A DNA stretch of 64,000 nt from assembly GCF_963921235.1 (NCBI RefSeq), contig NC_086097.1, forward strand, positions 47,618,001 to 47,682,000, in the 5' to 3' direction. A program made the translations under genes and the position numbers. The notes under the pieces are model-generated. The model searched no databases. It saw only the letters and a program-made list of their open reading frames with translations, and was not told where the DNA came from. Shown here piece by piece: positions 25,918-39,235 of the stretch; within the stretch, counting starts at the first letter, position 1, and every line of letters starts with the position of its first letter. Source of the DNA: Mobula hypostoma. Taxonomy: Eukaryota.

Positions 25918-27273
25918 ATTAACATCCTTTCTCAAATAAGGAGAATCGTGTACCCTATATTCCAGAAGTAGTCTTATGAATACTTGATAATTGAAAATAA
26001 CCTATTTTAGTATTCAATTCCTTTAAAAATAAATAATAACGATATCAGCTTTCCCCAAATACCTGCAGTGTTCAGTCAAAACTATTCATTCAGACACCCA
26101 AATTCTCCTGCAGATCAAAGCTTTGCTATCTCACTACTGTAGTTTTCCTTACAATATTTGCATATTTCCTATAGTGTACTCCATTTGCCAGACTTTTACT
26201 CACTCACCTTTTAAGCATATTCTTTTGTAACCTCCTTATATTCTTTTCACAGAGTACTCCATTCTCTTTCTGTCAACAAATTTTGCAACAAATCTTGGTG
26301 CTTCTATTATTCACAGTGAAATTGACTCTGGAGGTATTCATCCATTGGTACAGCACTCATTACATCTTCAACCAAAAAAGATCCATTTTTGACTTCTATT
26401 TTTTGTTAGTGATCCAATTTTTTTTCTCATCTATTCCAATATGTTACCTCTTATATTGGAAACTTTTTTTTTCCCCAATTAATGTAGTGGGTAGCATGTG
26501 ATGGGCAAGTCAAAATAAATTGACCTAACATGACATCTGCTTCAGAAATTGTGCTAGCTTTTCCCATAGTTTTTCTACATACTTTTAACAAAATTTCCTA
26601 CAACAGTTGTTAATTATTCCTGATGCAACTGTGTCTACAGATAATTTTGGGAGTTAACAAGTAGCCGGAAGGATATGATTGCAGGTTATACTATCACACC
26701 CAGAATTGGTAATATAACAAAAAGATATCACAGATTTGCAGAGGTGGAAAGAATAATGTGATAAATTCCAAAAACCTCAGAAAAGGTATTTATGGTATAT
26801 GACTACTGCCCTGATAGACAATCACCAAGTTGGAGTTTCATAGTGATTTCATGTCATGCAGCAAACTCTCACAGAGTACAAAATGAGGCTATTTGGTCAA
26901 CTGGTCCATGCTGACCAAATACTAAACAAAGCTAGTCCCATTTGCCCCTGTTTGGCCTATTTCCTCCTAAACCTTTCCTATCCATTTACCCAGGGCATGC
27001 AAACTAGCTTAGCTGAACACATTTAATGAAACACATTTTTTCCAATAAACATTTAGTAAAACAAAGCCAACAAAACACACACAAACAATATTAGTTATTT
27101 CAGCATTTAAACAGTGCAAAATACAAAGTGAGAATATTAAAATGAGCTTTGTAATGCTGCTCTCTGCAAATTCTATTTTCTACAGTTCTGTAGATTTCTT
27201 CTCAATTATTAGCTTCATTCTTTCTTCATGACATTCTAAGACAGCATAAAAATTCTGAGAGTAGTGTCAGGCT

Positions 27274-28111
27274 TGTGACGACAAACCAGGTTATCAGACG
27301 ATTGATGCTAACAAGAGAGAGATGAGGGAGACAATGGAGGAACGTTCAAAATGTTAATGAGAGAGGAGAGAGAGATAACGGAAAAGAAACAATTCAGAAT
27401 ATTGACAGACTGGTTGCTTTGAACCTGAACTGTTTGAAGTTTGGTGGACAGGCGATACCCCAGCAGGGGGATAAAAAGAACAGGTTCGCTAAGGCACGAG
27501 ACACCACAAGATCACGAAATAATGAGACCCTGGAAGAGCGGTGTGCCCCCACAAGTTGGTGGAAGTTTGGAGGTCTGGTCACGGGAACCGACCATAGATG
27601 CACAGGGTGAAAGGGTACGATCGGCGGGAACCTGGTGTGTGTGTCCGCCCTTGCCTGGGTGCCAGGTTCACCGCGGAAGAACGGTTGTATCCGGAACGGA
27701 GGGGTCACAGTCGGTGACCATAGCGGGATAGAAGACATAAAAGGGTCCGCCCGAAACCAACTGCGAAGAACATCAAAGGTCTGCCTGAATCAAATTTGCA
27801 TCTCTCTCTCCCTCCCTCCCTCCAATGGCACAACAGCGATTACTGCGAACTGTACTAAGCTGAACTGAACTCTGCGTCACTTAAGACTGATCGTCTTACC
27901 CCAAGACTGCGATAGAGCTTGGCTGATTCCTGTTACCCTAGTTCTGTGTACGTGTGTTTTATCATTGCTAACCTGTTGCATTTATATCCTTACGATTAGA
28001 GTACTGTGTTACTTATTTCTTTAATAAAACTTCATTAGTTCCCAGTCATCCAGACTCCAACAAGTGGTCCATTTCTGCTGGTTTGGCAAGACAGTTACAG
28101 GGTACGTAACA
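27274..28111 (+). repeat. 5' LTR (838 bp)
   Basis: Starts tgtgacgac, ends taaca; direct repeat of 31373-32209; contains AATAAA near 28023. Confidence 0.93.
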
Positions 28112-28115
28112 TAAG

Positions 28116-28134
28116 TGGGGATCTTGTCCGGGAT
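28116..28134 (+). other. Primer-binding site, tRNA-Pro-like
   Basis: tggggatcttgtccgggat lies just after the 5' LTR and resembles the tRNA-Pro PBS TGGGGGCTCGTCCGGGAT. Confidence 0.8.
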
Positions 28135-31100
28135 TTTGAACACCAAATTTGGGACTGGGTAAATTGATTGGGTTAAAATTCCCAAAAGAAAGGAAGGGCG
28201 AACAGCAGAAATGGAGATTGAGGAATTTCTAAAGGCGCCAACCTTGAAGGTATTAGAGGATGCCAGGAAATCAGAATTGGCGACTGTTGCCAAATGGTTG
28301 AATCTTTTTAAGGGGAAGTCGACAATGAGGAGAGAGGAGATGCACAGAGCTATCATTGAGCATTATGTATCTAAAGGTGTGTTTCCCCGAGGGGAGCTGG
28401 AGGTGGTATCTATGGGCAAACCTGGTGGAGAAGCAGTACAGCTGCAGATGGAAAAATTGAGACTTGAGCACGAGTTCTGGGTAAGGCAGTTAGAACAAGA
28501 AGAGAAACAGTTAGAACGGCAAGAGAGAGAGAGAGAGAGGCAGTTAGAGCGACGAGAGAGAGAAGCAGAAGGAAAGGGAATTTGAGCTGGAGAAGTTAAT
28601 GATGACGCTAGCGCAGGGCCCCATGCCGAACCAAGGTGGAGGGTTCAGGGCGACCCAGGAGGTTAGGCTGGTTCCCCCATTTGAGGAGGCCGATGTTGAT
28701 CGGTACTTCTGACATTTTGAAAAAGTCGCAGCAAGTCAGGACTGGCGGAGGGATAAGTGGGCTGTTTTGCTTCAGAGCGTACTTAAAGGGAAAGCTCAAC
28801 AAGCTTACTTGGCATTGTCCGCAGAAGATGCCCAGAGGTATGATGTGGTGAAAGAGGCAATACTCAGGATTTATGAGTTGGTCCAAGAGGCAAACCGGCA
28901 GAGGTTCCGGAATGTGAGGAAGCAGTGGGGACGCACGTATTTAGAGTTTGCCCGTGAGATGCAGATGTATTGTGAGCGTTGGTGCACCTCGAACGGGGTC
29001 AATGGGGATTATGACAGACTGCTGCTACAGCTAATACTGATCGAGCAGTTTAAAAGTTGTGTCCCTGAAGGCATGAGGCCCTATCTAGATGAGAAAGAGG
29101 CAGAAACCTTAGCCGCAACTGCCAAGTTAGCGGATGAGTATGCGTTAACACACAAGCGAAGTTTACCCTGAGTAAAAGCTACCACAAGGGTAGTCGAGAG
29201 GGCGGAGAGAGTCTGCCAGAAAAGCCAGAAAATAAGCCAGGCACTAGTGAGAAGAATAAGGAAGACAGGAAGCAGTTTGGTAGGAAGTCTCCTGGGGTTG
29301 TATGTTATAATTGTGGGAAAGCCAGTCATTTTGCGTCCAGGTGCTTTGCCCCAAAGAAGTTGACAGGGAAAAGGGAAAACGATGACTCCGACTGGCTGTA
29401 TTGAGCCAGCAAACAAGCCGCTAGGGGAGAAGAGATCTGATACAGTTCAGGAAGGGCACGAGTAGTTTATTTCAGCCGGATTGGTGGCGGTGAAGGAGGG
29501 GTCAAACCCAGTTCTAGTGCGGATCTGGAGAGACACTGGAGCTTGTCAGTCACTGATCTTAAGGAGTGCTTTAGACTTCAGTTCAGAGACCGAGACTGGG
29601 GAGGTCAGTGTGATAAAAGGCATTGGGAAAGGGTGAAGCAGTACCTTTGCACCACATACACCTAAAAAGCGACTTGGTCTCCAGACCGGTCATGATTGGG
29701 GTGAGGCCCGAACTACCGATGGAAGACGTGGAGGTCTTACTCGGTAACGACCTCGCCGGCGGAGAGGTGTACCCAGCAGTAAGATTGACAAGCAAACCTG
29801 CCAGGATTGAAGACCCACGCATAGACTCACAAGTTTATCTCGTTTGCGCAGTGACTCGGCACATGTCCAGAAAGGCTGCCGAAGCGAATGTAGATTTAGC
29901 TGAGACGTTTTTACCAGCCTTGTACCAGGAGGGGTTAGAAAGTGAGAAGGGGCGTAGTGAAACGGAAGTTGAGGTAGACTTATCATTAGCAAGGAAGGAA
30001 TTTATACAGGCACAGGAATGAGACAAGGAGCGAATGGTTTTGACGGAGACAGCTCTCTCCGAAGCAGAATTAAAAAGGGAGCCAGTGGGCTATTATGTGA
30101 AGGAGGGAGTACTAATGAGGAAATGGAGACCAAGTACCGTGCCCGCAGATGAGGAATGGGGGGTGGTGCACCAGGTGGCAGTGCCGAAAATTTATAGGGG
30201 TGAGATTTTTAACCTGGCCCACAAGATACCCCTCGGTGGACATTTTGGGGTGAGGAAGACAGTCGACAGAATTATGAAAGAGTTTTACTGGCCGAGCATA
30301 AGAGAGGATATTATTGAGTATTGTAGATGCGAGCCAACACAGCCTATTCATACGTTAACAGCTTGCCACGATAGCGAGCAGACCTAGTCGGTGTTATCAC
30401 GACAATTAATGAGGCTAGGGTGCCACCTCATAAGGGGAAAACCCATTTTGAAAAGGTAAGTATGGTGCCGACCAGATGGGAGAACTCTATTGTTTTGGCC
30501 AACTTGGCTGTTAAGGTCTTTCCCTTAACCCCCGAACAGAGCGAGCCGCTGAGAAAGCTAATTAACCGGCACGCAGACGTATGTTCGGATGTCCCGGGGC
30601 GATGCAAAGAGATGGTACATGGCATTGTTGTCACATCAGGTCAGCCTTGTAAGCAACACCCCTATAGGATGATTAAATCAGTGACAAAAGGGCTAAAGAA
30701 CGCAGAAGCGTATATTGACAATTTAGTGGTCTGGAGTGACACGTGGAAGGGGCACATTGTGGCAACAGGGGAACTGTTCAAACGGTTGAAGCCAGCCTGC
30801 TGGTGAACCTCGCAAAAAGTGGATTCGGCCACGTGGAGGTCACTTATCTGGGATTTGTGGTAGGACAGGAGCAGCTGGCACTGATGCAGGCTAAGGTGCG
30901 GGCTATCTCTGAAGTCCCCACCACGACAGACAAGAGAGCCCTGAGAAGGTTCTTGGGGATGGTGGGGTACTATCGGAAGTTTTGCAAAAACTTTACGGAT
31001 ATTACCCTCCCTCTTACTAAGCTCTTGCAAAAGAATGTGAAGTTTGTGTGGGACGACCTTTGTTATATTTGTCCGGCATGGAAACCACTGATAATTTACA

Positions 31101-31360
31101 CCGATCACAACCCATTAGTGTTTTTAGCCACTATGAAGGATAAAAACAAAAGGTTACCAAGTTGGAGCCTGGTCTTACAGGAATTTGATATTAAAAGTAA
31201 AACATATAAAAGAAACAGACAATGTGATTGCTTACTGTCTGTCAAGGTGTTGAAAACTTAGAAGTTCTCTGTATTAGCCGAATAGCTGATGACCCTGTAT
31301 ATTAGTGTGTATCTAATAATGTTTTCATGCCCATAATTTTTACCCTGGTAAAAATCCTTT

Positions 31361-31372
31361 AAAGGGTAGGGG
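31361..31372 (+). other. Polypurine tract
   Basis: aaagggtagggg immediately precedes the 3' LTR. Confidence 0.8.
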
Positions 31373-32209
31373 TGTGACGACAAACTAGCTTATCAGACAA
31401 TTGATGCTAATGAGAGAGATAAGGGAGACAATGGAGAAACGTTCAAAATGTTAATGAGAGAGGAGAGAGAGAGAGAGATAACGGAAAAGAAACACAATTC
31501 AAAATATTGACAGACCGGTTACTTTGAACCTGAACTGTTTGAAGTTTGATGGACAGGCGATACCCCAGCAGGGGGATAAAAGGAACAGGTTCACTAAGGC
31601 ACGGGACACCACGAGATCACGAGACCCTGGAAGAGCGGTGTGCCCCCACAAGTTGGTGGAAGTTTGGAGGTCCGGTTCGCGGGAACTGACCACAGACGCA
31701 CAGGGTGCAAAGGTACGATCGGTGGGAACCTGGTGTGTGTGTCTGCCCTTGCCTGGGTGCCGGGTTCACTGTGGAAGAATGGTCGTATCCGGAATGGAGG
31801 GGTCACAGTCGGTGACCACAGCGGGATAGAAGACATAAAAGGGTCCGCCCGAAACCAACTGCGAAGAACATCAAAGGTCTGCCTGAATCAAATTTGCATC
31901 TCTCTCTCTCTCTCTCTCCAATGGCACAACAGCAATTACTGCGAACTGTACTAAGCTGAACTGAACTCTGCGTCACTTAAGACTGATCATTTTACCCCTA
32001 GACTGCGATAGAGCTTGGTTGATTCCTATTACCCTAGTTGTGGGTACATGCGTGTTTTGTCATCGCTAACCTGTTGCATTTATATCCTTACTATTAGAGT
32101 AGTGTATTACTTATTTCTTTAATAAAACTTAATTAGTTCCCAGTAACCCAGACTCCAACGAGTGGTCGATTTCTGCTGGCTTGGCAACCCAGTTACGGGG
32201 CACCTAACA
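31373..32209 (+). repeat. 3' LTR (837 bp)
   Basis: Starts tgtgacgac, ends taaca; visibly diverged by several percent from the 5' LTR. Confidence 0.93.
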
Positions 32210-34307
32210 GGCTTTTCTCTGAGGCAACTTGTCCATCAGCCTTGCTATTGACTAGCAAGGCAAACAAAAATAAAGCATTTTATGCCCAAAACCATAGAGA
32301 CTTTTAATAGTTAAGAGCAAAATGCTCATGATGAACACCATATTCTTCAGAGTAATTAGACTGAACAATAAACTTGCCAAATTTACGCAAATGCAAAGAA
32401 TAAGCAGTTTTAGGCCTCACAGGAACCAAATAAGCTAACAAAAATAGATAGAGAACTTCTATATTGCTGAACAGCTATTTATATTATAAAAGCAGAAAAT
32501 GCTAGAAACTCGAGTGAAGATTCTTTGTTTGATTCAAAATGTTAACTTTTTCCATGGAAACATTTGTCATGTTGACCATTTCTAGCATTTTCTGATTTTA
32601 TTGCTGATTTCCACCATCTACAGTGATTTTAAAAAATATATACATTTCAGATCTTTTGTAGTCATCCAAAAGTTATTTTAAATGACATACAAATCTGTAT
32701 CTAGCTTATAGTAGTGTGAGCGGTAAAAAGTTCTTTTCAAAAGAATTAATTCAAAAACTATTACGCTTTAGAAAATGTGATCTTTAAAGAGTGCTTTTTA
32801 TTAAAAAATGTGTAAATGTGTGCATGTGCTTTCCATTCTTTCAAACATTAAAAAGAATAAGCACAATGAAAAGTGGCAAATAAGCCAGTTTTGAGGCTAT
32901 TAAAGAGAAAATATTATAACTAAACAAATTTCTCAGTAAAAATTAAAATTACACGATGAACATTTGGACATTGTGGTTAAGCAAGCACAGTTCAATTAAA
33001 CCATGCAAAATTTACAAAAACATTCTCCCCCCCCCCCCCGCATGTTTCATGTAGTCTGGGCACCTGAAGTTATACGGAAATACTGCAATTGTTGGATAGC
33101 TGAAACAGGATTCTTTGATAATGTCTTTGATAATGATATTTAACAACATTTTGGGATTAGGGAAAAGATATCAACTAATTGATAGTCTTCAAATTCACAA
33201 TGCTAGGACCATGTCAGGAAGGCATAAGACAGCTGATGTTTTCCATAATGCAGTTCAGAAGTCAGTGCCTTATAAGAAGCAACTGGGGAAGAAAGTTTAG
33301 AAGTAAAATTTTAGGTTTGTTACTGTACCTTTATCAACTTGCAAAACATCATCTAAACTTAAACAAAATGGAAAATATGGTTTTTTTAAAGATTTTTTTT
33401 ACATTATTGGATTTCCAATAATATTATAACAGAGAAATGCATTATTCTTTGCTAAAGTCAATATTTTGCAACTGACTAGGATGTGTGTGAAATGAATTCC
33501 ATAAATTATTGCTTCTAATTTACCTATTTTATATTTTTAAAAATCTTATAATTTTGTCACCTTCAATCAAATGACTCCTGGCTCACCATGGAGTCCAAAA
33601 CAAGCTCCTATTCTCCAAGATTATCCAAGCTGCTCTTTACCATCCTTGCTTTCAGGGTCTGTTGACAGATCTCGCCATCACCAAGACAGACCACATATTC
33701 ATGCAGTTATTTCCACTTCTTTTCTTCGTGTTTCATTAATCAAACTACGATGTCTATGTTTTTCATGTCCATCTACTTTTTCTATCATCTACATTGAACT
33801 CTTCCTTAGCCCCTTTGTTGCCACTGTTTTCACCCCCAAGCATCACTGTTCTGTTCAGAACCAATAATACCATTCTCATCAAGGAGGGCAGACTCCTAAC
33901 AATCCCAAAATTCCCTTTCCTCTCTGATATGGTGAAGAAATCATTATTTTCAGCCATTCGTCTTTCAGATTACCTTTCTTGCAGCATCAGTACAAAATTG
34001 TTATAGTGCTAAAATGAGGAAAAGCTAACAAACATACATGGAAGTGGAATGTTTCAAACACCAATGGTGGTGTATAATCTGGAAATTTACTCAAGGTCAC
34101 CCTGACACAGGAATGGTGACTGAAAGATGAAGTCATTATGAACAGCAATAATTAGGTGTGCATATAATTGGCACATCCTAGACCTGTGTTTTCATTTTCC
34201 TGGGCAAGTGGATCAGAATGTGGAAGTAGATGAACAGAAAGAAAGTTGAACTGAGTAGCATACTAGTATTAAAGATAATTAATTGATGACCGATAGGAAA
34301 TACATAC

Positions 34308-34381
34308 CCCATTTTCAAAATGCTCTGCAGATAGGTTTATTCCATTCCATCTGTTTAACTGATCTTGAGACTGACGTCCAC
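34308..34381 (-). CDS. PPP1R13B: ASPP1 coding exon (exon 4 equivalent)
   Basis: (S)GRQSQDQLNRWNGINLSAEHFENG resembles ASPP1 GRQTQEQ...ENG. Acceptor ctttgcAG, donor GTatgt; 74 nt restores phase 0 exactly. Confidence 0.88.
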
Positions 34382-35039
34382 CTGCAAAGAACAAATTTTA
34401 AAAATAAATCAACAAAAAAAACACCTTGTCATATGTTCATGCCAATCCAAAGAATCAAAAATCATTGTATGATTGGAAGTCTGTTCTCTTCAATTTTGGT
34501 CAGTTAGTATCAGAAGCTGTATTCACTACATAAACCTCAATATCCTCCACTTACTGATATCATAGCTTACATGATTGCCAGATATTGAAAACATAAGCAG
34601 ATGCAAGGAGGAGCCTCAAGTCTACTCCAAACCTGAATAAGATCACAGTTGATTAGTTGATGGCTTCTGTATCACCTTCTTGCCCTGTTTCCTTAAACTC
34701 TCCACTCTATCCAATCAATCTTGAATATATTCAATGATTCAACTTCTACAGCTCTCAGGAGGTAAAGAATTCTAGAATTTCATAACCTTGGGGAAAAAAT
34801 ATCCTCCTTGCCTGCATTTTAAATTGGCAACCACTTATTCTGAAATTATGCCCAATAGGCAGAATTTCCCTTACCAATGGAAAACATCTCAGAACGTTAG
34901 TTATTTTCATGAGATTGTTCTCATTCCACACTCCTGGTAAACATACTCAATCTTCAATCAAGACTATCCTTTCTTCCAAGTAGTTGAAGCTTAACTGAAA
35001 AGTTTCCATTGTAAGAATATGCTCTCCTCAAAGAAACAC

Positions 35040-35545
35040 AGGCTTGGGCTTTGGAGAGGGTGTAGAAAAGGTTTACCAGGATTAAAGGGTATGTACTATA
35101 ATGGGAGGTCGGACAAATGGGTTGTTTTCTGTGGAGTGACAGAGGCTTGAGGGGAGATTTGATAGAGGTTTATAAGATTATGAGAGGCATAGATAGAGTA
35201 GACAGAGAGTATCGTTCCTCAGGGTTGAAATGTCTAATACCAGAGGGCATGTATTTAAGTTGAAAGGGGTAATTTCAAAGGCGACATGAGGGGCATTCCC
35301 CCCTCCTAAATACACAGAGTGGCGGGTGGTACATGCCTGGAATGCACTGCCTAGGCTGGTGGTAGAAGCAGGAACATTAGGGACTTTAAAGAGACACATG
35401 AATGAGAGGAAAATGAAAGGATATGAACACTGTGTATGCAGAAGAGATTAGTTTAATTAGTCATTTGATTACTAATTTAATTGGTTCAGCAAAACAGTGT
35501 GTACCAAAGGGCCTGTTCCTATATTGTGCTGTTATATATTCTAAG
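35040..35545 (+). mobile_element. CR1 LINE 3'-end fragment
   Basis: gagagggtgtagaaaaggtttaccagg...ggagatttgatagaggtttataag...ggaatgcactgcc...aagggcctgttcct. Confidence 0.75.
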
Positions 35546-36379
35546 TTCATACTCAATACAGCATCTGTATGCTTACCAGTATCCAGTAGTTAAAAGACTT
35601 TTTAAAAAAATGTCCATCTCCTATCCTTTGTAATAAATTCCATCACTGTATTGGCCTTGCTAAATCTAGACTTTAACTTGGTAATTCACAGCTGAGCACA
35701 CACAAGTCCATTTGTACTGCAGCATTCTATAGTCACTCTCCATTTAAACAAGATTTTGTTCTTTCCTAGTTGGAAACCTCATTTCATATTATACTCCATC
35801 TATCAAATTTTGAACAACTTACTCATCTTTAAGAGACTTGTCCTTTCCCCACTTTCTTCCCATCACCAGCCCATATTTGTATTAACTGACTTAACTACAA
35901 TGTACCTAGTTTTGGGTGTATCCGAGCTAACACCTTAGTGCAGAACCAAGGAAATGTAACATTGCTGGAGGTACAATCAACTAGTCTGTTTCTTCTTATT
36001 TGTATCAAGAAGAAAGTTTTACATTACTGTGAAAACAGTGAGTAAAAATACATATAATTGAAAAGATCTGTGCTTCACTTAAACTTATGCCTTCTTCTGT
36101 GCCTTAGTATGCCCTTCAATCTCTACAAAGCATTACAGGACTACTTTCTGGGCCATTGGATATGAATACTTACAAAAGGCAAAAATTTGCAATTTACAAA
36201 GAAAGAGGTTATCAAATGCAGTAGTACAGAGATGGTCTTGAATATGAAGCAGATAAGGTTTAATGCAGGTTCAGTAAATAATAAGAAAGATGCCCTGATT
36301 GCAAAGGAGATGGAGTACAATTATCTTGCTACAAATGATCATCCAAATAATGAATAGAAATTCTAAATTTCTAAATAGA

Positions 36380-36952
36380 AATTGTAAGAACCAGAACCTG
36401 GTATGGAAACGTCAATCCCCTTGAAGTGAAAAAAAAATGTAATGAATTGGATATGGCCCAGTCCATCACAGGTAAAGCCCTCCCAACCATTCAGTACATC
36501 AACTTGGTGTGCTGCAGTAGGAAAGCTGCATTTATCATCAAGAACACCCACCATCCAGGCCCTGCTATCAGGGAAGAGGTACAGGAGCCCCATGAATCAC
36601 ACCACCAGGTTCTGGAACAGTTATTACCCCTCAATAATCAGGCTCTTGAACTGGAGGGGATAACTTCACTCACCCCATCACCAAACTGTTCCTACAACCT
36701 ATGGACTCACTTTCAAGGACTCTTTATCTCACATTCTCAACATTTATTGGTCATTTATTTCCCACCCTTTTATATTTGCACGCTTTGTTGTCTTTTGCAC
36801 ATTGATGTCTGCCCTGTTATGCCCTGTCTTTCATTGATTCTATTGATTTTCTTGTATTTACTGTGAATGCCCACAAGAAAATGAATCTTAGGTTTTTACA
36901 AAGTGTATATGGTGATTATGTATGTACTTCGATAATAAATTTACTTTGAACC
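36380..36952 (+). mobile_element. Rex/Babar-type LINE 3' fragment with ACTTTGA tail
   Basis: Encodes TTRFWNSYYPSIIRLLN. Same family as 43630-43978 and 44791-44988; ends aataaatttactttgaac. Confidence 0.75.
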
Positions 36953-37566
36953 AATAAGATGCAGAAATTACAAGCAAGTATTTCAAAATAGTTGAAAAAG
37001 AGTCCAGTGAGTTGCTTCAACCAGCAATATTTTGTTTTATTCTGATTTCTGCTATCAGAGTTCAATTGCAGTTGGCTTTATACTCCATTTGTTTTCATAT
37101 CAATAATCAATTTCAAGAGAAAATATATTTGGCAGAATGCCAAACAGGCTGGCATTTCAAATTAATATTTGCTGAATTTCATCTGAAAGAATTTTGTTTA
37201 TAGATAGTTTTACTTGCTATAATTACCAAAAGGCTATGATATTCAGTTGTTTTATTCAAAATGCACATCCTAAAAAAAGTATCCGGAATCTAACCACACT
37301 TAAGATTTGACAAGGTATATGAAGGTGAAATTGTTGGAGCACGATGGTGAAAAGACAGAATGAAACTGATCGACTATTTCTCAAAAAGCCAGAATAAACA
37401 TTCTGGCATAGTGATCACTTGCAATGCTATATGTTTCTATATAAAAAAAAATTGCAGAATTCTCAGTTGACGTAGATTTAAATTTTAATCACACCCCTGA
37501 ACTCCCTCTTTGCATATTAAATTCACAATTCACTAGTTGTAAAATTGCTCATCCATATTTACTTAC

Positions 37567-37686
37567 TTTGCTCACTACTCTCATTGGGCGAATCCTCATG
37601 TCGCAAAAAGAATTTCACTTCTTCTCTACGAGGTCCCCATTTTTGCAAATGTTCATACATCATATGATCCGAAGGAATAGCACGCT
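37567..37686 (-). CDS. PPP1R13B: ASPP1 coding exon (exon 3 equivalent)
   Basis: Read manually, absent from the ORF track: (E)[39 protein letters not shown]. Acceptor tttacAG, donor GTaagt; 120 nt, phase 1 to 1. Confidence 0.95.
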
Positions 37687-39028
37687 CTGTAAAAGATAAA
37701 TCAAAGTACTATATAAAAGTGAAAACTATTCTTCTACAGATTGTATTCTTTACACTCTCCAGTATACTGTAATAGAAATAAATCAGTTAAAGCTGGTTAC
37801 TTGAATAGTTCTGATGACATTAAGCTGTACAGAATTTGATGAACTGTCACCATTTACTCTACAAATATTTAGGAAGTTTGGGATTCATATGCAAAGTAGT
37901 AGCTTCACAACTAATTTGTTTGCTATATTCCTTCATAGCTACTGAAGCTGAAGTTTTACTTTGCTGGCAAATCTGTCTATTGAGCACACGCTAGAACAGG
38001 TCTGGCACATGAACAGCAAGCTTATTCACTTAAATGGAGAATGGATGGAAGGGAAAAGGATCTGGCAATTAAGTTTTGTTTAACCTGAGATTTCTGATTT
38101 TGTTTTTTTAAATATATTTGAAAGTTTCAGAAAGTTATAAACATTCAAAAATACAGATCTTGATAGCCTGAACAGCTGAAAAAAGTTAGGAACATAGCTA
38201 TTCCAGCAGGCAAATCTTCAGCCTGTTCAAGACCCCACTGCCCTTACCACCATGAGAAAGCAGTGAAAGGTGCATATAGTATGCGGAATTAGGGATGGAT
38301 TGGTGAATAGAAAAACAATTTCACAAAATAAATAACTAACAGCATTCTACGAAGGCAGTCCATTATCTGCACTAGGTGTCTACACTAATTTTGCTTATTT
38401 ACAATCAAAATAATACAGCAGTGTGTTTGTTATCTGTCATAACTGAGAATGGCAGTGAAACTGTGCAGGAGAGTTTTTAAAAAGTGGAAAAGCCGTAATA
38501 TTGGGACAGTTCTACTCTCTCTGAATTGAATGTCCAGGTCTAGTGGTACGAGTAGTCAACACAAACTGTGATCTTCCTAGATTGCAGTGGATAACCATGC
38601 CTCCTTCTGTGCCCTTCACTCTCCACAAAGCACTGCAGAACTACTTTCTGGGCCACTGGATCTCATCTGTCCAGTTCACCAGAGCCGACTTCACATACTA
38701 GGACAGGCACAGCCTTTATCTCCTGGGGCATGAGGCCCAAAGGCTATCCTCACCTGGTTCAGCTCACCTATCAAGGCGGTGCACTAGGTGTGGCCACTGT
38801 CACATGCAAACAACTACTTGAAGGCATAGTTGAGACCTGAGTGTCTGGTGGGACCAAAGGCGAGTTGCTCCAGACTGGACAAGACAAGCCCCTTCAGAGC
38901 TGTTACCGCTCCCTGGACACCCCAAATACAGCAGCACACACTGGATGAAATCCTCTGTCTCCAACACTGAGTTAGCATATAACTGTATGAGGAACTAATA
39001 CAGTTTTATGGTACTGTAGTAGCATTGG

Positions 39029-39235
39029 GTTGTTCCTTTTTGCACTTTATAGCGCATCGGGCGGCAACTCTACCACTTTATTTTGCATCTTTTGTTTAAA
39101 AAAAATAAAGCTAAGTTGTTAGCCTGACGCTCAATCTAGCATGGATGAAAAGCATGCAAGGAGCCAGCCAGATTTGAACCCGGGATCATTCACCTTGAAG
39201 TCCAGAGCGGATGCCACTTCGCCACCGGCCGGCTA
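39029..39235 (-). mobile_element. tRNA-derived SINE inserted in a Tigger-like element
   Basis: Minus strand has A-box TGGCGAAGTGG and B-box GGTTCAAATC. Imperfect 14-bp TSD tgtagtagcattgg (39015-39028) / tgtaataacattgg (39236-39249). Confidence 0.75.

Larger units (their letters stand above)
27274..32209 (+). mobile_element. Gypsy/Ty3 LTR retrotransposon, Gmr1-like (SCAN-gag, PR-IN-RT-RH order), internally deleted and defective
   Basis: Two TG...CA LTRs and a 4-bp TSD ggct (27270-27273 and 32210-32213). PBS and PPT present. SCAN-like capsid, CCHC knuckle (29303-29344), protease DTG (29532-29540), integrase zinc-binding region before RT YIDN (30711-30722), RNase H TDHNPL. Confidence 0.95.

Noticed and set aside
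27394..27868. Overlapping ORFs in the 5' LTR and their counterparts at 31499-31954
   Set aside because: They lie inside the LTRs, frames differ between the two copies and no domain is recognisable; these are chance ORFs in GC-richer DNA.
33540..33970. Possible L2 LINE fragment (also ~2920-3270)
   Set aside because: The resemblance is by eye only and too degraded to support without a consensus alignment.
39160..39235. tRNA gene
   Set aside because: It has A and B boxes but continues into a non-tRNA body with tail and TSD, so it is a SINE head.
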